From the NCBI RefSeq assembly GCF_020745735.1, contig NW_026867463.1, forward strand, positions 1 through 64,000: a stretch of DNA of 64,000 nucleotides, in the 5' to 3' direction. The translations under genes and the position numbers were made by a program. Shown piece by piece: positions 52,261-64,000 of the stretch; within the stretch, counting starts at the first letter, position 1; each line of letters starts with the position of its first letter. The stretch is from Hemiscyllium ocellatum. Its lineage: Eukaryota. Under the pieces are notes generated by a model. The model was given only the letters and a program-made list of their open reading frames with translations, searched no databases and was not told the origin of the DNA.

Positions 52261-52433
52261 GAGCTGAAAATGTGTTGCTGGAAAAGTGCAGCAGGTCAGG
52301 CAGCATCCAAGGAGCAGGAGAATTGACGGAAACATCGATTCTCCTGCTCCTTGGATGCTGCCTGACCTGCTGCGCTTTTCCAGCAACACATTTTCAGCTC
52401 TGATCTCCAACACTTGCAGTCCTCATTTTCTCC
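52261..52433 (+). mobile_element. Penelope-LTR-like foldback insertion, family 1, near-perfect hairpin
   Basis: Arms 52261-52326 and 52335-52400 are 64/66 complementary around an 8-nt loop. Flanks aaaggcttaaacctg (52247-52261) and aaagccttaaacctg (52436-52450). Confidence 0.85.
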
Positions 52434-53721
52434 TAAAAGCCTTAAACCTGTTTGTCAACTTTCAACAGAAGCAACCTCAGGGCATGAACACAGACTGAGT
52501 TGCTCAGTCACAAATGATTGATTGGGTCAGATCAAATTCTCAAGCAAACACCCGCACAGATTGCTGGGGAAATTCAGCAGATCAGACAGCAACGGTGAAG
52601 AGAGAGAGAGGAACAATTCACATTTCAAGTGACCCTTCCTCAAAACGGTCTGTTCTGAAGGAACTTTTCCGCAGAAATGACTGGATTGAAAGGTGAACTC
52701 TCTCTCTCTCTCCCTTCACAGATGCTGCCGGACATGCTTAGCTTCTTCAGCAATCTCTGTATTGATGGTTCAGGTTTCCAGCGCGTCTGTACAAGTTGAT
52801 TTTAGTGTCGAATTCCCAAGCTTGCTCTATTATAGGGATTGGATTCCTCTGATACAGAGTTGGGGGGGGGGGTCTCAGTTCCCTCAGCTAACTGGTTCGT
52901 GATGCCAACATTGTTGGCTCAATTTCTATCATGTCTGAAATTACCATCAAGGCCCCAACTTCTCCACCTCGCCCCTCCCCTGAGGTGTGTAACCCACCAG
53001 TCCTCTCTCTCTGACAAGAAAGCAGCTCTCGGGTCCTCCTGGTCTACAATAACTTCCCAACTTTAAAAAGGCACTCCAGTAAGAGAGCTCTTTACATGGT
53101 TCAGGTCAAAATCCTGGAGTTCACTCCCTAACATCAACGTGGGACACCAAGGGCTATAGCAGGAGAATACAGCTCACCCCCACCCTCCAGGCAACTGGAT
53201 GGTGTGGTAATCTCATGCAAGTGAAATTTGCAAGTAACCTTTATTACAAGGTGACGGTGGATGGTCACTAAGACTGTTTCTTTCCCTCTGTTCAAATCAG
53301 CGTAACGGAGAACCAAAGGATGGGGTGAAAATGACAGTGATAGCATTTCGTAGGTTGGTGTTTGTTTGAGGTTGCATCATCTCTATGAATGTTTGAACAC
53401 TTATTCAAGGGCATGCAGTTAGCTGCCAGAGGATATGGTGGGGGCTGGTACAATTGCGACATTTAAAAGGCATCAGGATGAGTATGTGAATAGGAAGGGT
53501 TTAGAGGGATATCAGCCAAGTGTTAGCAAATGGAACTAAATTAAGTTGGATATCTGGTTGGCATGAATAAGTTGGGCCGAAGGGCCTGTTTCCATGCTGT
53601 GCATCTCTCTGAATAGACTGTTGCAGAGTTTCAGACAGGGCTTGGATTGTGTGTCTCTCTCATACTTTCTCAGAATCTGCAAACACAATGTCTCCATATT
53701 TCCACAAAACATTAAGAAAGA

Positions 53722-56700
53722 GAAAAAAAAGGTCAGTACTGAGGGAGTGCCACACTGTTGGAGGGTCAGTGATACGTTAGTGTTGCACTATCAGAGGATC
53801 TGTACTGAAGAAAAGCTGCACTGTCAGATTGTCAATACTGAAGGATTGCTGGACTGTCAGAGGGTCAGTTAGGATGGAGTGCTGCACTGTCAGAGGGTCA
53901 GTACTGAGGGAGTGCTGCACTGTCAGAGAATCAGTATTGAGGGAGTGCTGCACTGTCTGAGTGTCAGTCCCAAGGAAAGGCCACACTGTCAGAGGTCAGT
54001 AACGAGGGAGGACCGCACTGTCAGTGGGTCATTACTGAGTGAGTGCTGTACTGTCAGAGGGTCAGTACTGAGTGAGTGCTGTACTGTCAGAGGGTCTGTA
54101 CTGATGGAGTGCCGCACTGTCAGAGGATCAGTCCTGAGGGTGCGCTACACTGTCAGAGGGTCAGTACAAAACGAGCACTGCACTGTCAGAGGGTCAGTAC
54201 TGAGGGAGTGCTTCACTGTCAGAGATTCAGCATAGATGGAGTGCTGCACTGTCAGAGGGTCAGTACTGAGGGAGTGCTGCACTGTCAGAGGGTCAGTACT
54301 GAGGGAAAGTTGCACTGTCAGAGGGTCAGTACTGAGGGAAAGTTGCACTGTCAGAATGTCAGTACCGAGGGAGTGCTGTACTGTCAGGGAGTGAGTGCTT
54401 AGGCAGTGCTGCACTGTGAGAGGGTCTGTAATGAGGGAGTGTTGCACTGGCAGAAGGTCATCATGCAGTGAGCACTCCACTGTCAGAGGGTCATTGCTGA
54501 GGGAGTGCCACTCTGTGGAGAGTGAGTACTAAGTTAATGTTGCAGTCGGAGGATCAGTAAATAGGCAAACCTGCACTATCAGAGGATCAGTACTGGGGGG
54601 CGCAACACTGCCGGACCTTCAGTACTGAGGGAGTGCTGCACTGTCAACGGGTCAGAGCAAAATGAGCGCTGCACTGTTGCAAGGTCATTACTGTGGGAGC
54701 ACAACATTATCGGAGCATAAGTACTAAGGGAGCACTAAATTGTCAGAAGAACAGTATTGAGAGAATTCCACCCTGTCAGAGGTGCTGTAGTGAGGAAGTG
54801 CTGCATTATCAGAGGGTCAGTATTGAGGGAGCACTATTGAGGGAATGCCACCCTGTCAGAGGTTCTGTAGTGAGGGAGTGCGACACTGTCAAAGGGTCAG
54901 TACTGAGGGAGTGCAATACTGTCAAGGGTCAGTGCTGAGGAGGCGCTGCACTGTCAGAGGGTCAGTACTGAGTGAGTGCTGCACTGTTAGAGGGTCAGTA
55001 CTGTGGGTCCATTGGAATGTCAGAGGGTGAGAATAGATGGAATACCGCACTGTCAGAGTTTCATTACAGTGCAGTGCCACACTGTCAGAGAGTCACTACT
55101 GGGGGAGTGCTTCACTGTCAGAGGGGCAGTACCGAGAGAGTGTCACACTGTTGGAAGGTCAGTACTGAGGGAGTGGCACACTGTCAGGGAGTGAGTAATG
55201 AGGGAGTGCCACACTGTTGGTTGGTCAGTACTGTGGGTGTATCGGAATGTCGGAGGGTCAGAAGGGAGGGAATACCGCACTGTCAGAGTTTCATTACAGT
55301 GCAGTGCCAAACTGTCAGAGTGTCACTACAGGGGGAGTGCTTCTCTGACAGAGGGGCAGTACTGAGAGAGTGTCACACTGTCAGAGGGTCAGTACGAATG
55401 GAGTGCTGCACTCTCGGAGTGTCAGAAGTGAGGGAACTCCACGCTGTCAGAGTGTCAGCATAGACAGAGTGCTGCACTGTCAGAGGATCAGTACTGAGTG
55501 TGTGCTGCACTGTTAGAAGGTCAGTACTGGGGGAGTGCAGCACTGTCAGAGGTTCAGTATGTGGGAGTGCAACACAATTAAAGTGTCAGTACTGAGGGAG
55601 TGCTGCATTGGCAGAGGGTCAGAACTGACAAAACACCGCACTGTCAGAGGGTCAGTACTGAGGGACTGCTGCACTGTCAGAGGGTCAGTACTGAGGGCGT
55701 TCTGCACTGTCAGAATGTCAGTACTAAGGGAATGCCGCACTGTCGGAAGGTCAGCACCGAGGGAGGTCCACATTGTCTGAGGGTCTTCACTGAATGAGTA
55801 CTGCAATGTCAGTGGGTCAGTACTCAGGAAAAGCTGCACTGTCAGAGGTTCTTTAATGGAAGAGTGCTGCACTGTCAGAGGGTCAATACCAAGGGAGTGT
55901 TGCAATGTCAGAGGGTCAGTACTGATGGAGTGCTGCAACATGAGAGGATCAGTACTGAGGAGCACTCCACTGTCAGAGGGTCTGTACTGAGGGAGCACTA
56001 TACTGTGAAAGAGTCAGTACCGAGGGAATGCTGCACTGTCAAAGGGTCAGTACCGAGGGAGTGCTGCACTGTCAGAGGGTCAGTACTGAGGGAGTGCTGC
56101 ACTGTCAGAGAATCAGTATTGAGGGAGTGCTGCACTGTCTGAGTGTCAGTCCCAAGGAAAGGCCACACTGTCAGAGGTCAGTAACGAGGGAGGACCGCAC
56201 TGTCAGTGGGTCAGTACTGAGTGAGTGCTGTACTGTCAGAGGGTCTGTACTGATGGAGTGCCGCACTGTCAGAGGATCAGTCCTGAGGGTACGCTACACT
56301 GTCAGAGGGTCAGTACAAAACGAGCACTGCACTGTCAGAGGGTCAGTACTGAGGGAGTGCTTCACTGTCAGAGATTCAGCATAGATGGAGTGCTGCACTG
56401 TCAGAGGGTCAGTACTGAGTGTGTGCTGCACTGTCAAAGGGTCAGTGCCAAGGGAGTGCTGCAGTGTCAGAGCGTTAGTACTGAGGGAGTGCTGCACTGT
56501 CAGAGGGTCAGTACTGAGGGAGTGCTGCATTGCCAGAGGGTCAGTGTCAAAGGCACACCGCACTGTCAGAGGTTCAGTACTGAGGGAGTGCTTCACTGTC
56601 AGGGATTCAGCATAGATAGAGTGCTGCACTATCAGAGGGTCAGTACTGAGTGTGTGCTGCACTGTTGAAGGGTCAGTACTGAGGGAGTGCTGCACTGTCA

Positions 56701-58916
56701 GAGGGTCAGTGCCAAAGACACACCGCATTGTCGGAGGTTCAGAACTGAGGGAGTGCTCACTCTGCGAGAGCAATGATGAGGGAGGGCCACATTGTCAGCC
56801 GGTCAGTACTGAGGGAGTTCTGCACTGTCAGAGGGTCAGTACTGAGGGAGTTCTGCACTATCAGAGGGTCAGTACTGAGGTAACGTCGCACTGTCCGAAG
56901 TTCAGTCTGGAGGGAGTGCCGCACTGTCAGAGGCTCAGTGCTGAGGGACTGTTGCACTGTCAGAGGGTCGGTATGGAGTGAGTGCTATGCTGTCAGAGGG
57001 TCTGTACCAAAGGAGTGTCACAATGTCACAGGATCAGTCCTGGGGGAGTGCCACACTGTCGGAGGGTCTGTACTGATGGAGCACTGTACTGTCAGAACAT
57101 CAGTACTGAGTGTGCACGATATTGTCAGAGGGTCAGGACTGAGGGAAAGCTGCACTGTCAGAGGAGCAGTACTAATAGATTGCTACACTGTCAGCGGGTC
57201 AGCACCAAGTGAGCGCTGCATCGTAAGAGGGTCTGTATTGAGAGAGTGCTGCGCTGTCAGAGGGTCTGGACAGAGGGAGCGCTATACTGTCAGAGGGTCG
57301 GTACTGAGGGAGTGCTGCACTGTCTGAGTGTCAGTCCAGGGGAAGGCCACACTGTCAGAGCGTCAGTAATGTGGGAGAACCGCGCAGTCGGTAGGTCGGT
57401 AATGAGGGAGTATCGCATCGTCAGAAGATCAGTCCTGAGGGCATGCTACACTGAGAGAGAGTCAGCACAAAACGAGCACTGCACTTTTGGAGGGTCATTA
57501 CTCAGGGAGAAAACACTGTCAGAGAGTCAGTGCAGAAGGAGTGCTGCACTGTCAGAGGGTCAGTACTGAGGGAGCACTGCACCGTCAAAGGTCAGTACTG
57601 AGGATGTGCTGCATTGTCAGAGGGTCAGTACTGAGGGAGTGCTGCACTGTCAGAGGGTCAGTACTGAGGGAGCGCTGCACCGTCAAAGGTCAGTACTGAG
57701 GGAGTGCTGTACTGTCAGAGGGTCAGTACTGAGGGAGCACTGCACCGTCAAAGGTCAGTACTGAGGATGTGCTGCACTGTCAGAGGGTCAGTACTGAGGG
57801 AGTGCTGCACTGTCAGAGGGTCAGTACTGAGGGAGCGCTGCACCGTCAAAGGTCAGTACTGAGGGAGTGCTGCACTGTCAGAGGGTCAGTACTAAGGGAG
57901 TGTTGCACTGTCAGAGGTTCAGTACTGAGGGAGCGGTGCACTGTCAGAGGGTCAGTACTGAGGGAGTGCTGCACTGTCAGAGGTTAAGTCCTCAATGAAT
58001 GCCACCTTGCCAGAGGGTCAGTACTGAGGGAGCATTGCACCATCAGAGGGTCAGTACTGAGGGACCGCTACATTGCCAGAGTGATAGTACTGAGGGAGTA
58101 CTGTACTGTCAAAGGTTCAGGACTGAGGGAGTGCTGCACTGTCAGAGGTGCAGGACAGAGGGTGTTGTCGCACTGTCGGTGTCAGTACTGATAGAATGCC
58201 GCACTGTTGGAGTGTCATCACTGACGAAGGGCCTCACTGTCAGGAGTTTAGTACTGAGGGAGGGCCGCACTGTCAGGAGTTTAGTTCTGAGGGAGGGCCG
58301 CACTGTCAGGAGTTTAGTACTGAGGGAGGGCTGCACTGTCAGGAGTTTAGTTCTGAGGGAAGGCCGCACTGTCAGGAGTTTAGTTCTGAGGGAGGGCCGC
58401 ACTGTCAGGAGTTTAGTACTGAGGGAGGGCCGCACTGTCAGGAGTTTAGTACTGAGGGAGGGCTGCACTGTCGGAAGGACAGCACTCAGGTAGTGCAGCA
58501 CTATCAAAGGGTCAGTACTGAGTGAGTGGTGCACTATCAGAGGGTCAGTACTGTAGGTGTGTTGCAATGTCAGCAGTTTATTACTGTGGGAGTTCCACAC
58601 TGTCAGAGGATCAATGGTGACGGAGCTCCGTACTGTCAGTGGGTCAGTACTGAGGGAGTGCTGCACTGTCATAGGGTCAGTACTGAGTGAGCACTACTGT
58701 TTCAATTAGTCAGTACTGAGAGAGTGTCAGTACTGAGGGAGTGCCTCACTGTTGGAGGGTCAGTACTGCTGGAGCACTGCACTGTCAGAAGATCAGGACT
58801 GAATGTGCGCTCCATTGTCAGAGGATCAGTATTGAGGGAGCATTGCACTGCCAGAGGTTAGGACTGACAGAATGCACCAATGCCAGAGGGTCAGTACTGA
58901 GGGAACGCTGCAATGT
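53722..58916. repeat. 33-bp tandem satellite, ~5.2 kb
   Basis: Consensus agggtcagtactgagggagtgctgcactgtcag; accounts for all the 11-aa periodic ORFs (VLHCQRVSTEG, RECCTVRGSVL, STDPLTVQHSL). Confidence 0.95.
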
Positions 58917-61200
58917 CATCTGACATCTGTCCTATATCTATCATCCCTAAAGTTAAAGCTATGCCCCCTCATACTCGCCATCACCATACTTGGATAAAGG
59001 TTCTCCCTTCCACTCTGCCTAACCCTCTGATTATCTTATATGTCTCTATTAAGTCACCTCTCAACCTTCTTCTCTCTAACGAAAACAGCATCACGTCCCT
59101 CAGCCTTTCCTCGAAAGACCTTCCCTCCATACTAGGCAACACCCTCGTGAATCCCCTCTGCACCCTTTCCAAAGCTTCCACATCCGTCTTATAATGTGGT
59201 GACCAGAACTGTACACAATATTCCAAGTGCAGCCGCACCAGAGCTTTGTACAGCTGTAGCATAACCTCATGGTTCCGGAACTCGATCCCTCTATTAATAA
59301 AAGCTAAAACACTGTATGCCTCCTTAACAACCCTGTCAACCTGGGTGGCAACTTTCAAGGACCTGTGTACCTGGACACCGAGGTGTCTCTGCTCATCTAC
59401 ACTGCCAAGAATCTTACCATAAGTCCAGTACTTTGCATTCCGGTTACTCTGACCAAAGTGAATCACCTCAGACTTGTCCGCAATAAACTCCACTTGCCAC
59501 CTCTCTGCCCAGCTCTGCAGCTTATCTATGTCTCTCTGTAACAACAACATCCTTCGTCCCTATCCACAACTCCACCGACCTTAGTGTCATCTGCAAATTT
59601 ACTAACCCACCCTTCTACACCCTCATCCAGGTCGTTTATAAAAAAGACGAACAGCAGTGGACCCAACACCGACCCTTGCAGTACATGACTGGTAACTGGA
59701 CTCTAGGATGAACATTTCCCATCAACCATCACCCTCTGTCTTCTTTCAGCAAGCCAATTACTGATCCAAACTGCTAAATCTCCCACAATCCCATTCCTCT
59801 GCATTTTGTACAATAGCCTACAGTGGGGAACCTTATCAAACGCCTTGCTGAAATCAATATACGCCACGTCAACCAATTTAATCTCATCTACCTGTTTGGT
59901 CACCTTCTCAAAGAACTCAATAATGTTTGTGAGGCACGACCTACCCTTCACAAAACCGTGCAGACTATCCGTAATCAAATTATTCTTTTCTAGATGATTA
60001 TACATCTTATCTCTTATAACCTTTTCCAACAACTGAAGTAAGACTCACTGGTCTATAATTACCAGGGTTGACTCTACTCCCTTTCTTGAACAGGGGAACC
60101 ACATTTGCTATCCTCCAGTCCTCAGGCACTATTCCTATAGACAATGATGATTTGAAGATCAATGCCAAAGGCTCAACAATCTCCTCCCTGGCTTCCCAGA
60201 GAATCCTAGGATAAATCCCATCATCAGGCCCAGTAGACTTATCTATTTTCACATTCTGCAGGATTTCCAATACCTCTTCCTTGTGAACCTCAATCTCACC
60301 TAGTCAAGTAGCCTGTATCTCAGTAATCTCCTCGATAACACTGTCTTTTTCTAGAGTGAATACTGTCGAAAAATATTCATTTAGTGCTTCCCCTATCTCC
60401 TCTGACTCCACACACAACTTCCCACTCCTATCCTTGATTGGCCCTAATCTTACTCTTGTCATTCTTTTATTCCTTAAATACCTATAGAAAGCCTTAGGGT
60501 TTACCGTGATCCTATCCTCCAACAACTTCTCATGTCTCCACCTGGCTCTGCCGAGCTCTCTCTTTAGGTCTTCCCTGTCTACCATGTAACCCTCAAGTGC
60601 CCTGCCTGAGCGTTCACATCTCATCCTAACTTAAGCCTTCTCCTTCCTCTTGACCAGAGATTCCACTTCCTTCGTAAACCACGGCTCTTGCGCTCTACAG
60701 CTTCCTCCCTGCCTGACAGGTACATACTTATCTAGGACACACAGGAGCCTTTCCTTGAACAAGCTCCACATTTCTAATGTGCCCATCCCCTGCAGTTTCC
60801 TTCCCCATCCTATGCTTCCTAAACCTTGCCTAATCGCATTGTAATTGCCTTTCCCCCAGCTGTAACTCTTGCCCAGTGGTATACACCTATCCCTTTCTAT
60901 CACTAAAATAAACACAACAGAATTGTGATCGCTATCACCAAAGTGCTCACCTCCTTCCAAGTCTAACACCTGGCCGGGCTCAATACCCAGTACCAAATCT
61001 AATATGGCTTCGCCCCTTACTGGCCTGTCTACTGTGTCAGGAAGCCCTCCTGCACACACTGGACAAAAACTGACCCATCTATAGGACTGGTACTGTAGTG
61101 TTTCCAGCCAATATTTGGAAAGTTGAAGTCCCCCGTGACAACTACCCTGTCTCTCTCACTCCTATCGAGAATCATCTTTGCTATCCTTTCCTCTACAACT
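58917..61200 (-). mobile_element. CR1-type LINE ORF2 (endonuclease C-terminus + RT), frameshifted, 3'-truncated at the satellite
   Basis: PTREAILDLVLG..GDSDHNSV; GPDDGIYPRILWE...DWRIANVVPLFKKG...NYRPVSLTS; HGFVKGRSCLTN...YIDFSKAFDKVPH; [19 protein letters not shown]...LERVQRGFTR. Confidence 0.92.
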
Positions 61201-62239
61201 CTGGAACTATTCAGAGGGATGGGCTATCAAAGCTGGCCAAGCCAGTGACACTCACATCACAGAAAATGAATATTAAAAAAAAGAATGCCTGCAAGATTAA
61301 AACAGCTCCACACTGTCCGAACTGCCATCTCTGCCTCTTCTTATTGAGGAAGACAAAAGAATCTCACCTTGCCTTTCCCATGCTCACCTTTCTCACCAAA
61401 GCCCAGTATTCACCCCGGCCCTCACTTATACCAACCAGCAGCACTGCCACCACCAACACAGCAGCCCCTCTCAAAATGTCTTGTCAGTAAATTTTTATTA
61501 ACTGGTTACTTCAATTACAATGCAATCTCTACAATCAGACTCAGTACCATTTAGGTGACAACCAATTTTCTAACAGATTTTCTCGATCTCTCTCCTTTTT
61601 TGGTTAGAGGGAGGGAGGGAGGGAGGGAGGTGGAAACACGACAGTGATGTAAGATATATGTACAACAGTGAGACAGGAAAGCTAGTATGGCTCATGTTGA
61701 CTCTCAGACACCGCAGAGTGAAGCAACACATTTACTGCATAATAAACATAACATTTCATCCCAATCACATCCAGTGTGACAGAAATAAAATGCGGATCGG
61801 TTGGACAGGCTGGGTTTGTTTCAGCTGGAGTTTGGGAGAGTGAGGGGTGACATCACTGTCTAAGATCCTGAATGGTTTGATAAGGAGGATGTGGAAAGGA
61901 AGTTCCCTCTTGTGGGCCATTCCTGAACGAGAGGGAACTGCTTTAAAATTGTGTTCACCCTCTCAGGACAGAGATGAGGAGACTTGTTTCCAATCAGAGG
62001 GCAGTGCAACTTTGGAACTCTCTGCCCCAGAAGGTGGGCTCACTGAGTATTTTAAGACACAGGTTGATAGATTCTTGTTCAGGGATGTTGGGGGGAGATG
62101 GAATACAAATCACAAACAGATCAGGCCTGGTCGTATTGAACGATGGAGCAGGCTCGAGGGGCCGAATGGTCACCGTCTGCTTCTTTCCCACATGATCCAA
62201 GGACTGAGCGCTTTGTTCAAAATTCATTCACTGGGATGT

Positions 62240-62545
62240 AGGTGCCACTGGCTGTGGGCAGCATTTATTACCCAGAGGGCAGGTAAGAGCCAACCACATT
62301 GGTGTGGGTCAGGAGTCACATGTAGGCCAGATCAAGTAAGGATGGCAGCTTCCTTCCCTAAAGGGCATCAGTGACTCTGATGGGTTTTTCCTGACAATTA
62401 AGAATAATTTCATCAATAGGCTTATAATTCTAGATTTGTATTGAATTCGAATTCCACATCTGTCGTGATGGGATTCGAATCAGGGTCCCCAGAATATTAC
62501 CTGGAGCTCTGGATTAACAGTTCAGCAATGATACCACGGGACAGT
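62240..62545 (-). mobile_element. tRNA-derived SINE of a second family
   Basis: Minus-strand tRNA-like head (gtggtatcattgctgaactgttaatccagagctcc...gattcgaatccc) followed by a conserved-looking body. Family not identified. Confidence 0.55.
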
Positions 62546-64000
62546 TACCGATCTACAAAGAGACAGTTTTAATGGTGGAAACCAAAACCTTGATCAAACA
62601 GGTAGAAATTAAGGAGAGCCTATAGAATGGAGGAGAATTGAAGGGAATGGGGGAAGAGAATGACCAAGTTTAGGTTCAAGGCAGCTGAAACTAAAGCCAT
62701 CAACAGGGAGGAGAATAAAATAAGAAACTGTCATGCAGCTGGAATTGGATAAGTGCAGATCCCTCAGGGAGGTGTGGAACTACGCAGGGAAGACGGGGTG
62801 AAGGCACGGGTAGGTTTAAAAGCAGTGAACCAAATTTTGAAATTTTCTTCATGAACATAATATAGATCAGGATAAAACTGAAATAGGTGTCTAACACAAC
62901 TTGCTGCAAGGACACAGTGAATAGAATCTGAGGTGATCATGAGAATATGGAGGTAGAATGTGGGAGACAAGCTGGGACTGTATTGGATTCGTCATGGTGA
63001 GAGGGAACAAATGCTGGATACAGGGTTTCAGCAGCTGATGGACTGACACTGAGGTGAGTCATCGGAAACTGAGCAAGTGACCACCATCTAATAGGACAGA
63101 GAAACTGATCCATCAGCCTGAAGCTAACTGACCACGTGGCTGTCAGTGACTCCAACACAAGTGAATGGAAACATTGCTCAGAGCCTGTTTCTGTAACATT
63201 CAACACAACCAGGAAAAAAAAGTGAATAATTAGCTGCAAACAAGGCCAGTGCTCTGTTAGAGTCAAAATCACTCAATGTTCAGTTAGTGACCATTATTGA
63301 CTCACAGAATATTCTAACCCGCAGAATCACAGTAAAAGGTGAAAGTAAACAACATTCTTGGCAAAGACATAATGAACCAACTGCTTGTATAAAAACAGCT
63401 CAGAACAAAGGGGCTGAATCCTCCACAAACTGACAAACACAGATACCATCAGATTTATAGATAGAGATTGGAATTCTTTAGAAAAACCCTTCCCTGTTGA
63501 TGGTGTGTGGGAGAAACCATTCTCAGTGAGAACTGCCACTTAATTTCCTTTGAAAGGAATCTCTGTTTCCCCTCAGAAAGGCAGGTGTGTCGCTCACTTA
63601 CAGACTGACTTACAGACAAAGGAAACCTGAACTGAGACTCGGAGGTTAATTAAGCTATCAGTGACAGTCCATTGCACACAACAAGAGCTTAGACCACAAC
63701 AGATTCTAGTGAAACCCACAATGCAACGAAAAAGGTGAATTAGTCTCTATAATCATGCAGCCTCTCTCAATCAAATAATATCAGTCAACTTCCAAACATT
63801 TCAAAACTATTAATACCAATGTATACATATTTATTTCCATTCCTAATTTACTCCAAAAAATATACCTGGTTATTCTCTTTAAAATATATTTTAAATGGTC
63901 AGTTCATAATCACAATTCATTTCCAATTATTCTTAGTGCAAAGAAATTTGCAAACTAAAATAGTTCTCAAGTCAATAATGACACTGGAAACATTGTTATG

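Noticed and set aside
16233-52433. Recurring ctggaaaagc...caggtcaggcagcatc sequence as a CRISPR-like or regulatory repeat
   Set aside because: Copies are dispersed, not regularly spaced, and match the terminus of the Penelope element at 48122.
53594-58672. Many Cys/His-rich periodic ORFs (HCQRVSTEG etc.) resembling metal-binding repeats
   Set aside because: They are translations of a 33-bp satellite, open in several frames on both strands simply because 33 is divisible by 3, with no splice or start context.
53722-58916. CACTGTC in every satellite monomer as a cryptic RSS heptamer array
   Set aside because: No nonamer-like A-tract at 12 or 23 nt spacing; similarity is limited to the CAC start.
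24200-64000. Additional V, D, J or C segments, or a neighbouring Ig cluster
   Set aside because: No further Ig-like ORF, WGxG motif or heptamer-spacer-nonamer set was recognised. Short degenerate remnants could have been missed by eye.

Overview
Cartilaginous-fish (shark, by inference) genomic DNA. The only host gene I can support is one immunoglobulin mu heavy-chain (IgM) cluster on the minus strand, about 2.4-23.4 kb. Its order is leader, VH, (D)JH, CH1-CH4 with secretory tail, TM1 and TM2. All exons are open, with GT/AG boundaries in compatible phases. The main observation is the V-to-J region. It has only one ~355-bp interval and only two RSSs (22-bp spacer on the V side, 12-bp spacer on the J side), where the usual elasmobranch V-D1-D2-J layout has three intervals. 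The V ends in D1-like bases and the J begins with D-like bases, which suggests a partly pre-joined VD-DJ (or V-DJ) gene needing a single RAG event. The remainder is repeat-rich: CR1-type LINE fragments, V-SINE-like SINEs, Penelope-like elements (RT + GIY-YIG), and short Penelope-LTR-derived foldback insertions with ~15-bp target-site duplications and minimal hammerhead-like cores. It also holds a ~500-bp inverted repeat upstream of VH, a 45-bp tandem array in the J-C intron, a 5.2-kb 33-bp satellite and a 145-N gap. Repeat boundaries are approximate and all analysis was done by eye.
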